From an uncultured delta proteobacterium (lineage in GTDB: Bacteria > Myxococcota_A > Polyangia > Polyangiales > Polyangiaceae): DNA of 64,000 bases. Numbering within the stretch: the stretch's first letter is position 1; each line of letters opens with the position of its first letter. Positions 50,627 through 60,336 of the stretch are shown piece after piece. The DNA lies in contig CAWAIF010000003.1 in NCBI GenBank assembly GCA_963782055.1, forward strand, positions 6,432,001 through 6,496,000, in the 5' to 3' direction. The notes under the pieces are model-generated. The model was not told the origin of the DNA. It saw nothing but the letters and a program-made list of their open reading frames with translations, and did not search any database. The position numbers and the translations under genes are program-made.

Positions 50627-51711
50627 TCAGCTTCGCCGGCGGTTGTGCCGCCCCACGAGGGAGGCGTAGTCAGGTGTGGGCGGGGGCTCGACGACGAAGG
50701 CCTCCCGGGCCACCTCCGCGGCGGGCGGCAGCTTCTCCACCATCCGTCGCAGCTCGGCGCTGCCGGGGACGCGCTCGTCGTGCGACCAGTCCTCGAGCGC
50801 CTGCACGATGTCGTCCACTCCGGTACCGCGCAGGTGACCGCGCCGGGCGAGATCGAGGTAGCTGCGGGCGAGCGCGTCCCCGTCGAACCGGTGCTGCACC
50901 ACCAGCTCCACCGCGACCCGCAGGACGGCCTGCGGGGGGAGGCGACCATCCTCGTGCACGCAGAACGCGGCCTGCAGGTAGTTGTAGAAGGGGACGACAC
51001 GCGGCCCGTAAAGACGGAACTCGTCGGGCGGAGACTGGCGCTCCAGGTGGATGAGGATACGCTCGACCGCCTCGGTGTGCTCGATGCGCGCGATGCTCTG
51101 GAGCACGGCCTCGAGCACGTCGTCGTAGACGCGGCCCTTCTCGCAGACCGCCAGCACCACGCGCTCGTCGACGCGGCCCGCCACCACGTCGGCGTAGAGC
51201 GAATAGACGAAGGCGTCGGCCTCCGCGTCGTCTCCGAAGAGGGTCTCGTGCGGGAGCGCGGGGCCGTTGGCGGTGGGCAGGGCGAGCGACGCGCGGGCTC
51301 GCAGCAGCGCGGGGAGCTTGTAGCCGAGCTGATCGCGCAGGGCGCGGAAGCGAAGGCGCAGGACGTTGCGCAGGTTGGGCTTGAGGGTGAAGGTCTCCCA
51401 CGCCACGCCGTCCAGCCGCAGTTTGCTCTCCAGGCGGCTTCGCATCTGCTCCGGCGAGCCGGAGAGGATGTGCACCGCCACGCCGGCGCGCACCATCTCG
51501 CGCAGCAAGGTCGCGGCACCCGGGTTGGTGCGCTTCTCGTCGGGGCGCTCCAGCGCGGTTCGCACGAGATCGCGCAGGGTGTCGAACTCGGTGCGGAGGT
51601 AGGTCTTGTCCAGGTCCCAGCGCGCGATGTGCCGCGGCGTCGGGCTGGCGGACGCGTCCGGCTCTCGCTCCGCCTTGCCACGGGTGCGGCCTCGGTCCGG
51701 GACGGAGCTCA
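50627..51711 (-). CDS. HAD-like / App1-type phosphatase-like protein
   Basis: WDLDKT (DxDxT), LSGSP, LFGDD.E.D..Y. Start approximate. Confidence 0.7.
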
Positions 51712-51740
51712 TGGGCGGCGATTGTAGCAACGCGGGGGCC

Positions 51741-52718
51741 TCAGCGACACGCAGCCTCCGCGCCGGCGCCCGCCGGGTCGCACGACGAGAAGCCGAGGGA
51801 GGCGCAGCTCACGCGCTCCTTCGTCCCCGCGGCGCAGTAAAGGAGGCTGCCCGCCTCGCACCGAGCAGGACCCGGAGCGCAGGACGCCGCGCGGCGCTCG
51901 CACACGGCGCGCCCGCCACGGACGGCGCACGTCAGCCCGTGGGCGGCGCAGTGGGCGACGTGCATCCCCGCGTAGTGCCCGGAGGGGACGCAGGCGAGCG
52001 CCACGTCGCCCTCGCACGCGCCGGCGGAGCTCCCGCCCTCGCACCCGCGGCCGGCGGGCGAGAGGCACGCCGCCGAGGGCATGCCGTCGGCGTCGGTGGT
52101 GCTCGCGCATCGTGTGCCGGGCGGACAGGTGCGGCGGTCGGCGATGCCCGCGGTGCAGCCGAGGAGTGTGGCGGCGCCGTCGCAGCGGAGCGCCGGTGCG
52201 CCCGACGGGCACAGGCCGGGGGCGACGCATCCGCGCACGAGGAGCTCGACGTCGGCGCGCTCGCCGCACGCGGCGCCCATCGACGCGCAGTCGACGGCGG
52301 TGCTCTCGGCGCCGTCCTTGCCCTCGCAGCTCACGAAGCGCGCGCCGTCGCATGCGCTCAGCGTCCCGGGGTGGGCGCGGCAGTACTCCGTCGCGGCGGG
52401 GTCCGCGGGTGCGTGTGTGCACGCCTCCACCGCCGCGCACGAGCGGGCGCGCATCAAGCAGTCGGCGAGCGGCCTCTCGCCGGGCGCGGCGAGCAGCCAC
52501 CAGTCGACGCACGCGCCGGGGGCGCGCAGCGGGGCGGGATCGTGCGCGTCGGTGCAGCTCGCGACGCGCACGCACTGGCGGGCGACGCGAGCGAGGACCT
52601 CGTCGGGCGGGGGAGCGGCGGCGCGCCTGGCGGGCGGCGAAGCGCACGCCGCGCAGAGAGCCAAGCCGATGGCGGCGGCCGCCCCGGCTCTCCCCGCGTG
52701 CGCGCGCGCGGCCCCCAC
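51741..52718 (-). CDS. Cys-rich lipoprotein
   Basis: Lipobox-like CAAC; repeated C.G....C motifs. Confidence 0.65.
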   Translation of the reverse strand: MGAARAHAGRAGAAAAIGLALCAACASPPARRAAAPPPDEVLARVARQCVRVASCTDAHDPAPLRAPGACVDWWLLAAPGERPLADCLMRARSCAAVEACTHAPADPAATEYCRAHPGTLSACDGARFVSCEGKDGAESTAVDCASMGAACGERADVELLVRGCVAPGLCPSGAPALRCDGAATLLGCTAGIADRRTCPPGTRCASTTDADGMPSAACLSPAGRGCEGGSSAGACEGDVALACVPSGHYAGMHVAHCAAHGLTCAVRGGRAVCERRAASCAPGPARCEAGSLLYCAAGTKERVSCASLGFSSCDPAGAGAEAACR

Positions 52719-52722
52719 GCGG

Positions 52723-55434
52723 CTACACCGCGATGGACCGCTTGAGGTCTTGCAGGGACGTGACGAGCTCGCGGGAGCCGAGGCGGGTGGCCAGCTCCAG
52801 GGCCTCCTTGAGGTAGGCCTCCGCCTCGCGCACCCTGTCGCGCCCGTGCGCCACGTGGGCCAGCGCGCCGAGCACGCGCGCGCGGTCCTGGCCGCTCGGG
52901 CCGGCCATGTCGAGCGCCTCGCGCAGCACGCCCTCGGCGTCCATGTAGTCGCCCGACTGCGCGAGCGCCTCGCCCAGCTTGCGGCTGAAGATGAGCACCG
53001 CGCGCTCGGGATCGTCCAGCTCGCCGCGGAAGAGCTCGCGCCGCGCGAGCTCCAGGCCGCGCCGAAGCGCGAGCACGCTTCCCTGCGCGTCGCCGCGCTG
53101 GGCGCACTGTGCGCTGACGCGCTCGAGCAGCAGCAGGGCCTCGAAGGCGTTCTGCGCGGCGGCCTCGTGCAGGGCGCGCACCTCGATGGGGCCCTCCAGC
53201 ATCTCGGCGACCTGGGCGGCCTTGGCGTGCAGCTCGCGGCGAGCCGACGCGGGCGTGGTGGCGAGCACGATGTCGTGCAGCAGCGGGTGGGAGGTGCGCC
53301 ACGCCGCGCCGTGCGACTCGATCATGCCCGCGGCGCTCAGGGAGGCGACGGCGTCGGTGAGCTGCGCCTGGGTGTCGTCGGCGAGGAGGGGGCGCACGGT
53401 GTCCTCGGTGGCGTCGCCGGTGACGGCGATCGCCTGCAGCACGCGACGCGCGCGGGCGTCGAGGCGCTCGACGCGCAGGGCGATGAGATCGGGCAGGCGG
53501 GGCGGCGCGTTCTGGCCGTGCTCGCGCAGGAAGCGGAGCATCTGCTCGAGGTACATCGGCGCGATGCCGCGGCCGCCGCCGACGGGGGGCGCGGACTGTC
53601 CAGCGACCGTGGCGAGCAGCTTGCTCACCACCGGCCCCGTGAGCGGCCCGAGCACGCGCTGCGCGGAGTGCGTCTCCGGCCAGCGGGGGTCGAAGGTGGG
53701 GCTGTGCGCGGCGAGCAGGAGCACGGGCACGAGCGGCGGCTCGGAGACGGCGTCGGCGATGGCGTTGCGACTGACGCCATCGACCGCGCCCAGGTCGTCG
53801 ACCGCGAGCACGACGCGGCGACCGCCGGTCCGGCCGTTGGCGCGCACGAGCGCCCACCGGAGCGCCTCGGCCGCGGCGAAGCGGCGCTCGTCGGCCGAGA
53901 GGGACGCGCTGCGCGCCTCCGGCTTGCCGAAGATCTGCGCCAGGCCGCTGCGCGCCTCGCCGCTCGCGGCGGTCCACTGGCCGAGGCCTCCGCCATCGTC
54001 CGGGAGGGCGGCGAGCTCGACGATGGCGCGACGCAGGGTGTAGTTGCCGACCTCGGCCCATGTCGGGTCCGGCCCCACGCTGACGACGGTGTCGCCGGCG
54101 GCGGAGGAGACGTGCAGGAACTCGCGCAGCAGGCGGGTCTTGCCGAGCCCGGCGTCGGCCACGATCCGCGCGGCGCGCAGGGAGGCGCGCGCGGCGTCGC
54201 GCTGCTGCTCCAGCCACTCGAGCTCGTCCTCGCGACCGACGAAGGCGAGGGGGAAGATGGGCTTGTCGGAGAGGGAGAGCCGGCGCGGCTGGGTGATCGC
54301 CTCGCGGGGGGTCACCGGCATCGCGGCCATGGTGGGCCCGCGCTCGTCGATGCGCGGGGTGGAGACGGGCGCGGGCGGCGCGAGCGGGCTGCCGCACTCG
54401 CCGCAGAACTTCTGCGCCGCGGCGTTGACGGTGCCGCACTTGGGGCACTTGCTCCGCCCCGACGCGCGCGCGTGGGCGTCGACCGTCGCCATGCCCTCCG
54501 CCAGCGCCTCGGAGAAGACGTCGGCGGTGGCGTAGCGGTCGCTCGCCTCCTTGGCGAGGGCTCTGTAGACGATGTCCACGAGCACCTTGGGGATGGCACG
54601 GTCCGGGGCGACCTGGTTCGGGTCCGGCGGCGGCTTGGAGAGGTGCTGCAGCACGACCTGCGTCGGCGACTCGGCCTCGAAGGGGAGCCTGCCGGTGAGC
54701 AGCTGGTACATGATCACGCCGACGGCGTAGAGGTCGCTGCGCGGGTCGAGGGGATCGCCGCGGCCCTGCTCGGGGCTCATGTACTCCGGCGTGCCGCAGA
54801 CGATGCCCGGGCTGGTGATGGAGGGCTGCGAGGCCTCCACCTGCATCTTGGCCAGGCCGAAGTCGACGACCTTCACGAAGTCGCCGCCGCCGCGCACCGG
54901 CTCGAGGATGATGTTCTCCGGCTTGAGGTCGCGGTGGATGATGTCCAGGTGGTGCGCCTCGAAGAGCGCGGCGAGCACCTGGCGCAGGACGTTGACGATG
55001 CGGCGGAAGGGCAGCGGGCCCTCCTCGTACGCGACCCGCGCCAGGTCCTTGCCGCGCAGGTACTCCATGACCAGATAGAGCTGGCCGTCGGGCGTCTTGC
55101 CGAAGTCGATGACGGCCACGGAGTTGGGGTGATTGAGGCGGCTCGCTGCGCGCGCCTCGGTGATGAAGCGCGCGACCGCGTTCTCCTCGCCGGCGAGGTG
55201 CGGGTGGACAATCTTGACCGCGACGGTGCGACCGAGGTTGGTCTGCTCGGCGCGGTAGACGCGGCCCATGCCGCCGACGCCGATGAGTTCGAGGATGACG
55301 AAGCCGCCGGGCAGCGTGCGGCCCACCAGGGCGTCGTCCTGGTTCTGGGCGACCTTCCCGATGGGGAAGCCGCACGTGGGGCAGAACTGGTGTGTGGAAT
55401 CGCAGGCATTCCCACACTGCGGGCAGGCGTTCAT
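52723..55434 (-). CDS. Ser/Thr protein kinase with zinc ribbons, degenerate AAA/NACHT-like region and TPR tail
   Basis: GVGGMGRV, VAVK, HRDLKPEN, DFG, GTPEYMSPE; CPQC/CPTC and CPKC/CGEC; FVGREDEL...AGLGKTRL. Confidence 0.92.
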   Translation of the reverse strand: MNACPQCGNACDSTHQFCPTCGFPIGKVAQNQDDALVGRTLPGGFVILELIGVGGMGRVYRAEQTNLGRTVAVKIVHPHLAGEENAVARFITEARAASRLNHPNSVAVIDFGKTPDGQLYLVMEYLRGKDLARVAYEEGPLPFRRIVNVLRQVLAALFEAHHLDIIHRDLKPENIILEPVRGGGDFVKVVDFGLAKMQVEASQPSITSPGIVCGTPEYMSPEQGRGDPLDPRSDLYAVGVIMYQLLTGRLPFEAESPTQVVLQHLSKPPPDPNQVAPDRAIPKVLVDIVYRALAKEASDRYATADVFSEALAEGMATVDAHARASGRSKCPKCGTVNAAAQKFCGECGSPLAPPAPVSTPRIDERGPTMAAMPVTPREAITQPRRLSLSDKPIFPLAFVGREDELEWLEQQRDAARASLRAARIVADAGLGKTRLLREFLHVSSAAGDTVVSVGPDPTWAEVGNYTLRRAIVELAALPDDGGGLGQWTAASGEARSGLAQIFGKPEARSASLSADERRFAAAEALRWALVRANGRTGGRRVVLAVDDLGAVDGVSRNAIADAVSEPPLVPVLLLAAHSPTFDPRWPETHSAQRVLGPLTGPVVSKLLATVAGQSAPPVGGGRGIAPMYLEQMLRFLREHGQNAPPRLPDLIALRVERLDARARRVLQAIAVTGDATEDTVRPLLADDTQAQLTDAVASLSAAGMIESHGAAWRTSHPLLHDIVLATTPASARRELHAKAAQVAEMLEGPIEVRALHEAAAQNAFEALLLLERVSAQCAQRGDAQGSVLALRRGLELARRELFRGELDDPERAVLIFSRKLGEALAQSGDYMDAEGVLREALDMAGPSGQDRARVLGALAHVAHGRDRVREAEAYLKEALELATRLGSRELVTSLQDLKRSIAV

Positions 55435-55542
55435 CCGGGCCGAAGGCTACCACGGCGCCAGGCGAGCGGAAACGCGAGACCTTGCGCGTGAGCCCCCCGC
55501 ACCCCCCTTCTTTGCGCGGGCGGGGAGGGCTAGGATGACGCC

Positions 55543-56592
55543 GTGTCCAACTCAGCCGCGGGCCGCATGCGCATCGGCGAGCTGCTCGTCGCGGCGAACC
55601 TCATCACCGAAGCCCAGCTCGAGCAGGCGCTCCAGCACCCCCGCAAGGAGGGCGAGCGTCTGGGTGACGTGCTGGTGCAGCTCGGCTTCGTGGGGGAGAC
55701 GCAGCTCACGCAGACGCTGGGGCAGCAGCTCGCGGTGCCGTGGGTGTCGCTCTACCACGTGGATTTCTCGCGGCAGCTGCTGGACCTGGTCCCGCGCGAG
55801 CTGGCGGAGCGCTACTTCGTGGTGCCGGTGTTCGTGCGGCGCGGCAAGAAGTCCGCCGGCGAGACGCTGTACGTGGCGATGAACGACCCGACCAACGAGC
55901 GAGCGCTCAAGGAAGTGGCGCAGTTCTCCGGGCTGCCGGTCAAGCCGATGATCGCGTGCCGCAGCGACATCGGGAACGCCATTCGCGTGTATTATACAGG
56001 TAATGTCGGGGGGCCGGACGAGGCGGCCTCCGACGCGGCGGCCTCCGACGCGGCGACCTCCGACGCGCCCGCCTCGTCCCCGCAGGAGGCGGCGCCGGCC
56101 GTCGCGCCGCGCGCCCCTCCCCCGCCGCCGCCCAGCCGGAGGGCGGCGGTGGTCCCTCCGCCGCCACCTTCGGCGCCGGCGGTCATGCCGCCGCCCGAAG
56201 AGGGGGAGCCGCCGCCATCCTCCGAGCCGCCGGCGTCGGAGGACAGCCCCTCGGCGGATCCCGAGGTGGAGGCGCGCGAGATCATCCCCAAGCCGAAGCG
56301 CGGGTCCGCGACGCCGATGATCGCCCTCACCCTGCTGGACGGCACCACCATCCAGATCCCCGCACGCAAGCGTCATCGGGCGGCGAGCCAGCCGGCCAGC
56401 GGGGAGGTGGACCCGCTCACCGCGCGCGACCTGATCAGCGCGCTTCGGGCGGTCTCTCACGGGGCGGACGCGTCGGAGATCCTGGGCGGCGAGCCGAGGT
56501 GGGAGTCGCTGGTGGCCGCGCTGCTGAGCGTCCTGCTGAAGAAGGGGCTCGTCGCGGACTGGGAGTTCATCGAGGAGTACCGGAAGATCTAG
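55543..56592 (+). CDS. Stand-alone MshEN/T2SSE_N domain protein (no ATPase)
   Basis: RIGELLV..NLI...QL..AL and RLGDVLV.LG.V...QL...L..Q; LYVAMNDP; Pro-rich linker. Confidence 0.85.
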   Translation: MSNSAAGRMRIGELLVAANLITEAQLEQALQHPRKEGERLGDVLVQLGFVGETQLTQTLGQQLAVPWVSLYHVDFSRQLLDLVPRELAERYFVVPVFVRRGKKSAGETLYVAMNDPTNERALKEVAQFSGLPVKPMIACRSDIGNAIRVYYTGNVGGPDEAASDAAASDAATSDAPASSPQEAAPAVAPRAPPPPPPSRRAAVVPPPPPSAPAVMPPPEEGEPPPSSEPPASEDSPSADPEVEAREIIPKPKRGSATPMIALTLLDGTTIQIPARKRHRAASQPASGEVDPLTARDLISALRAVSHGADASEILGGEPRWESLVAALLSVLLKKGLVADWEFIEEYRKI

Positions 56593-56637
56593 CCGGGCCC
56601 CCGGGGCGGCTCCCCCCAGCGCGAGGGAGGCGAGGCC

Positions 56638-56730
56638 AATCGTTCGCCGGCAGACGACCGGATGGCCCCCGCCCCGTGGGGGCGCCGCTGCACGAGAGGG
56701 GTCAGACGGACCGTTGGCCGGCGAACGATC
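56638..56730. repeat. Inverted pair of REP-like palindromes
   Basis: AATCGTTCGCCGGCAGACGA (56638-56657) and CGTTGGCCGGCGAACGATC (56712-56730), between convergent genes. Confidence 0.75.
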
Positions 56731-56757
56731 GCGAGGACGAGACCGAGTGCGGAGGGG

Positions 56758-57927
56758 CTACTTGATGGCGCCGGCCGCGCGCAGGCGATTGATGATGGAG
56801 GCGTCGACCCCGGCTTCGCGGAGGACTTCCTCGGTGTGCTCGCCCTGGCGCGGCGGGGGCGCATGCTTCGCGGCGCGGTCGGTGACGGGCAAGCGCATCT
56901 GGGGGAGGGTGCCCCAGGGGGAGTCCATGTCGAAGAAGACCTCGCGGGCAGCGAGGTGGGGGTCGGCGGTGAGCTCGCCCGGCTCGAGGACGGGCTCCAG
57001 GCAGCAATCGCGCTCCGCGGCGAACGCCACCCACTCGTCGCGCGTCTTCTCGCGGAAGATCGCGGCCAGCTTCGCCTTGAGCTCGGCCTGGTGCGGTCCG
57101 GGCGTGATGCCGGCCATGTCCGGCTCGAGCCCGGCGCCGGCGCAGAAGGCCAGCCAGAACTTGGGCTCCAGGGCGCCGAGCGTCATCGCGCGATGGTCCT
57201 TCGTTGCGTAGACGCCGTACGCCGCGATGCCCCCGCCGAGCGGCTCCTCGCCGCGCACGGGCGTCTGGCCGCCAAGGAGGTTGCCGATGGCCGCGACGGC
57301 GAAGCCCATCGCCGACTCGCTCATCGACACGTCGACCACCTTGCCCTTGCCGGTGCGATCGCGCTCACGCAGCGCCGCGAGGATGCCGATGACGCTCCAC
57401 AGCCCGCCGCTCACGTCGGCGAGCTGGAAGCCGGGGAGCTGCGGCGGCCGATCGGCGGGGCCCTGGAAGCCGAGCACGCCACCGCGCGCGAGGTAGTTCA
57501 CGTCGTGACCGGCGCGGGCGGCGAGCGGGCCGGTCTGCCCGTAGCCGGTGAGTGAGCAGACGATCAGCTTGGGGTTCTGCGCGAACATGGCGTCGCGCGA
57601 GAGGCCGAGGCGCGCCATGACGCCGGGGCGAAACTGCTCGAGCACGACGTCATAGTGCTTGAGCATGTGCAGCACGACGGCCTGCGCCTCCGGCTTCTTC
57701 AGGTCGATGCCCAGGCTGCGCTTGTTGCGGTTGAGGGCGAGGAACATCGCCGACTCCCCCTCGCCGTTCGCCTCGACCTTGGGCGGCATGTGGCGCAGGT
57801 AGTCGCCGCCCTCCAGGTCCTCCACCTTGTCGACCTGCGCGCCGAGATCCGCCAGGACCAGCGACGCGAAGGGACCGGGCAGGAGGCGGCTGAAGTCCAG
57901 AACCCGAACGCCATAGAGCGCTTCCAT
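56758..57927 (-). CDS. CaiB/BaiF family III CoA-transferase
   Basis: LDFSRLLPGP, LADLGA, NRNKRS, FRPGV, GYGQTGP, GHDVNY, GEHTEEVL. Confidence 0.95.
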   Translation of the reverse strand: MEALYGVRVLDFSRLLPGPFASLVLADLGAQVDKVEDLEGGDYLRHMPPKVEANGEGESAMFLALNRNKRSLGIDLKKPEAQAVVLHMLKHYDVVLEQFRPGVMARLGLSRDAMFAQNPKLIVCSLTGYGQTGPLAARAGHDVNYLARGGVLGFQGPADRPPQLPGFQLADVSGGLWSVIGILAALRERDRTGKGKVVDVSMSESAMGFAVAAIGNLLGGQTPVRGEEPLGGGIAAYGVYATKDHRAMTLGALEPKFWLAFCAGAGLEPDMAGITPGPHQAELKAKLAAIFREKTRDEWVAFAAERDCCLEPVLEPGELTADPHLAAREVFFDMDSPWGTLPQMRLPVTDRAAKHAPPPRQGEHTEEVLREAGVDASIINRLRAAGAIK

Positions 57928-58020
57928 CGTGCACCTCCGAAAAGGGACGAGCCCTCCCCGGGGGGGACCGGAGAGGGCTCGGGCCCGAGGTAGGCCCGCG
58001 CGATGCGGGCTACGCGCGGG

Positions 58021-58350
58021 TCACTTGAAGCTGAAGAGCTTCTGGAGCTTCATCGCCAGGGTCGGGTTGCCCGCCACCTTCAGCTTGCCCGAGAAGAAGA
58101 GCTGCATGCCGTTGGCCTGCGGGTTCTCCAGGAGCTTCTGAAAGTCGTCGGCAGCGATGGTGATGGTGCAGTCGGGCGCCTCGCCCGAGCCGGGCGTGCA
58201 CGACGGACCGCTCGCCGAGACGTCGATGAACCACTCGCCCTCACCGGTGATGTTCATCTGGTACTTGGCGCCAATCAACTTGGCTTCCTCGGCGTTCTTC
58301 GCCATCCCTGCGGGGAGCGTCTCGTTGAAGAGCTGCTTGATGTCGGCCAT
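58021..58350 (-). CDS. SCP2 sterol/lipid-binding domain protein
   Basis: W.ID, PDCTI, F.SGKLKVAGN..LAMKL. Confidence 0.9.
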   Translation of the reverse strand: MADIKQLFNETLPAGMAKNAEEAKLIGAKYQMNITGEGEWFIDVSASGPSCTPGSGEAPDCTITIAADDFQKLLENPQANGMQLFFSGKLKVAGNPTLAMKLQKLFSFK

Positions 58351-58598
58351 CGCCCTCTCGCCTCCTGAAAGCATGACCGTCCCGCGGCCTGCGGCCTCGG
58401 TTGGTCCGTTCTTCGACCGAGCCACGGGCTCGGACTCGATTTCGTGGAAACTGAATCGCGGTTCAGTCGGGTACCACCGCCAGCCTCGCGGCGTCAAGAC
58501 GCCCCGAGCTGCCCCTTCATGAAGTTGCGCAGGCGGCGCGTGGGGCGGGGCATGCGGGGTGGGCGGTCTACGCGCCGGAGCAAGGGGTGGCGCTGGTG

Positions 58599-59210
58599 TC
58601 ACTCGATCATCGGGGCGGGCCACTCGAACGGGTCGCCGGACGCGCGGCGCCGCTCGATGCGCCTGTTCGCCGCGACGCGGTCCACCAGGTCGAGCCAGGT
58701 CCACCCCGACTCGTACGGATCGCCCTCCGCGGCGTGCAGCGTCGCGAAGTCGCCGAAGGTGTTGCGCAGGCGGCTGTGCAGCCGTGACAGCCACCGGCGG
58801 GCGCGGCTGCACGCCTTCGGGTGGGGCCAGTGGTGCGGGTCCGGCGTGAGCGCCGAGTCCGTCGTCAGATCGATGAGCCCCGTGCGCACGAGGCTGCGAA
58901 ACGCTCGCGAGACGCGACGGCGCCCCTCCGGCGTGAGCTGCACGTCCACCTGCCGCATGTCCTCGAGCGGCGGCAGCCGCTCCACCAGGCCGATGCCCTG
59001 GAGCGAGGTCACCATCTTGCTGATGGTCGACCGCGCCACCCCCAGCGCCTTGCGCAGGTCGCTCTGGTAACAGAAGTGGTGCGGCACGCGAAACAGCGCG
59101 TACAGCAGGTCGAAGCGCGCCGGGGTGAGCCCGAAGCGAGCCAGAAGCCGGCGCGTCACACGCAGCGTCGCGTAGTAAGCGCGCTTGGTCCCGAAGAAGA
59201 GCGGTGTCAT
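58599..59210 (-). CDS. MarR family transcriptional regulator
   Basis: GLTPARFDLL, QSDL...LGV.RSTISKM...L...GLVER, D.RQ..V.LTPEG; GGAGG RBS. Confidence 0.85.
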   Translation of the reverse strand: MTPLFFGTKRAYYATLRVTRRLLARFGLTPARFDLLYALFRVPHHFCYQSDLRKALGVARSTISKMVTSLQGIGLVERLPPLEDMRQVDVQLTPEGRRRVSRAFRSLVRTGLIDLTTDSALTPDPHHWPHPKACSRARRWLSRLHSRLRNTFGDFATLHAAEGDPYESGWTWLDLVDRVAANRRIERRRASGDPFEWPAPMIE

Positions 59211-59300
59211 GCCTCCACTCCTCAGCACCCCCCATGCCAGCCCCCCCCTCCCACGCGCTCCCCAGAAAACAGGGCGCTCGTTTGCCGGCGAACGATCCCC

Positions 59301-59337
59301 GGGTGTCCCCGGACAGAAAAAGGGTGTCCGGGGACAG
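59301..59337. promoter_or_regulatory. Tandem palindromic operator candidate (TGTCC-NN-GGACA x2)
   Basis: 59304-59315 and 59325-59336, 21-bp period, upstream of the MarR gene. Confidence 0.65.
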
Positions 59338-59373
59338 GGGGGCAACCGCCGAGGTGGGGGATGGCGCGCGGGC

Positions 59374-60336
59374 TCAGTCGCAGCGGACGCGATTCCGGCC
59401 GCCCAGCTTCGCCTGGTACATGCGGTCGTCGGCGACGGCGAGGAGCAGGTCCCCGGTCGCGCCGGCGTCGCAGTCGTCCAGCGTGGCGACGCCGACGCTG
59501 ACGGTGAAGCGCAGGATGCGGTCGTTGTGGGGGAGCTCCATCCGGGCGACCGCGCCGCGAATGCGCTCCGCCAGCGCGATGACGCCGCGCTTCTGGACAC
59601 CGCGAACCATGACCAAGAACTCCTCGCCACCCCAGCGCGCGAGCACGTCCTCCGCCCGGATGAGACCGAGCACGCGCTGCACGATGGCGCGCAGCACGGC
59701 GTCGCCCGCCAGGTGACCGTGCGTGTCGTTGACCGTCTTGAAGTGGTCGATGTCGAAGAGCAAAAGACCGAGCTGCCCCTCGTGCCGATGCGCGAAGGCC
59801 ATCTCGGCGGCGATCCGCTCGTTGAGGTAGCGGCGGTTGAAGGCGCCGGTCAGGGCGTCGCGGGTCGAGGCCTCGAAGAGCTGGCGCGCGAGCTTCTCCT
59901 CCGCGTCGTCGACGATGGCGAAGCGCAGGACCACGTTCGGGCTGACGGCGATGCGGTCTCCCGGGCGCAGCTCCAGCCGCGGCACGCGCTCGCCGTTGAT
60001 GTAGGTGCCGTTGCGCGAGTCCAGGTCCTCCAGCACGTAGCGATCGCCCTCGCGCAGGATGCGGCAGTGGCGCCGGCTGGTGCCGCCGTCGTCGATGCGC
60101 ACCTCGGCGGCGCGGTCGCGCCCGACGATGGTCTCGGCGCGCTCGAGGACGAAGCACTTGCCCGCCTCCAGGCCTGTCAGCAGGACGAGCGTGGCGCGCC
60201 GCTCCGGCGTCGCGCGCGGGACGGGCTGCACCTTGAAGGCGGTGGGGCTCGTCGTGGGCTGCTCCATGTCCGCGCCGTGGTGCCAGTCCGGCGAGGAGAG
60301 CCGGCCGCGATCGGGGGGTGTGCTGGAGCCCCGCAT
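59374..60336 (-). CDS. FHA-GGDEF diguanylate cyclase
   Basis: GR, SRRH, SRNGT (FHA); DIDHFK.VND..GH..GD, RAED I-site, GGEEF. Start 60336 (coupled) or 60267. Confidence 0.92.
   Translation of the reverse strand: MRGSSTPPDRGRLSSPDWHHGADMEQPTTSPTAFKVQPVPRATPERRATLVLLTGLEAGKCFVLERAETIVGRDRAAEVRIDDGGTSRRHCRILREGDRYVLEDLDSRNGTYINGERVPRLELRPGDRIAVSPNVVLRFAIVDDAEEKLARQLFEASTRDALTGAFNRRYLNERIAAEMAFAHRHEGQLGLLLFDIDHFKTVNDTHGHLAGDAVLRAIVQRVLGLIRAEDVLARWGGEEFLVMVRGVQKRGVIALAERIRGAVARMELPHNDRILRFTVSVGVATLDDCDAGATGDLLLAVADDRMYQAKLGGRNRVRCD

Noticed and set aside
57948..58020. GC hairpins between the SCP2 and CoA-transferase genes
   Set aside because: Plausible terminator or stability hairpins, but the U-tract is weak and such stems are common at this GC content.
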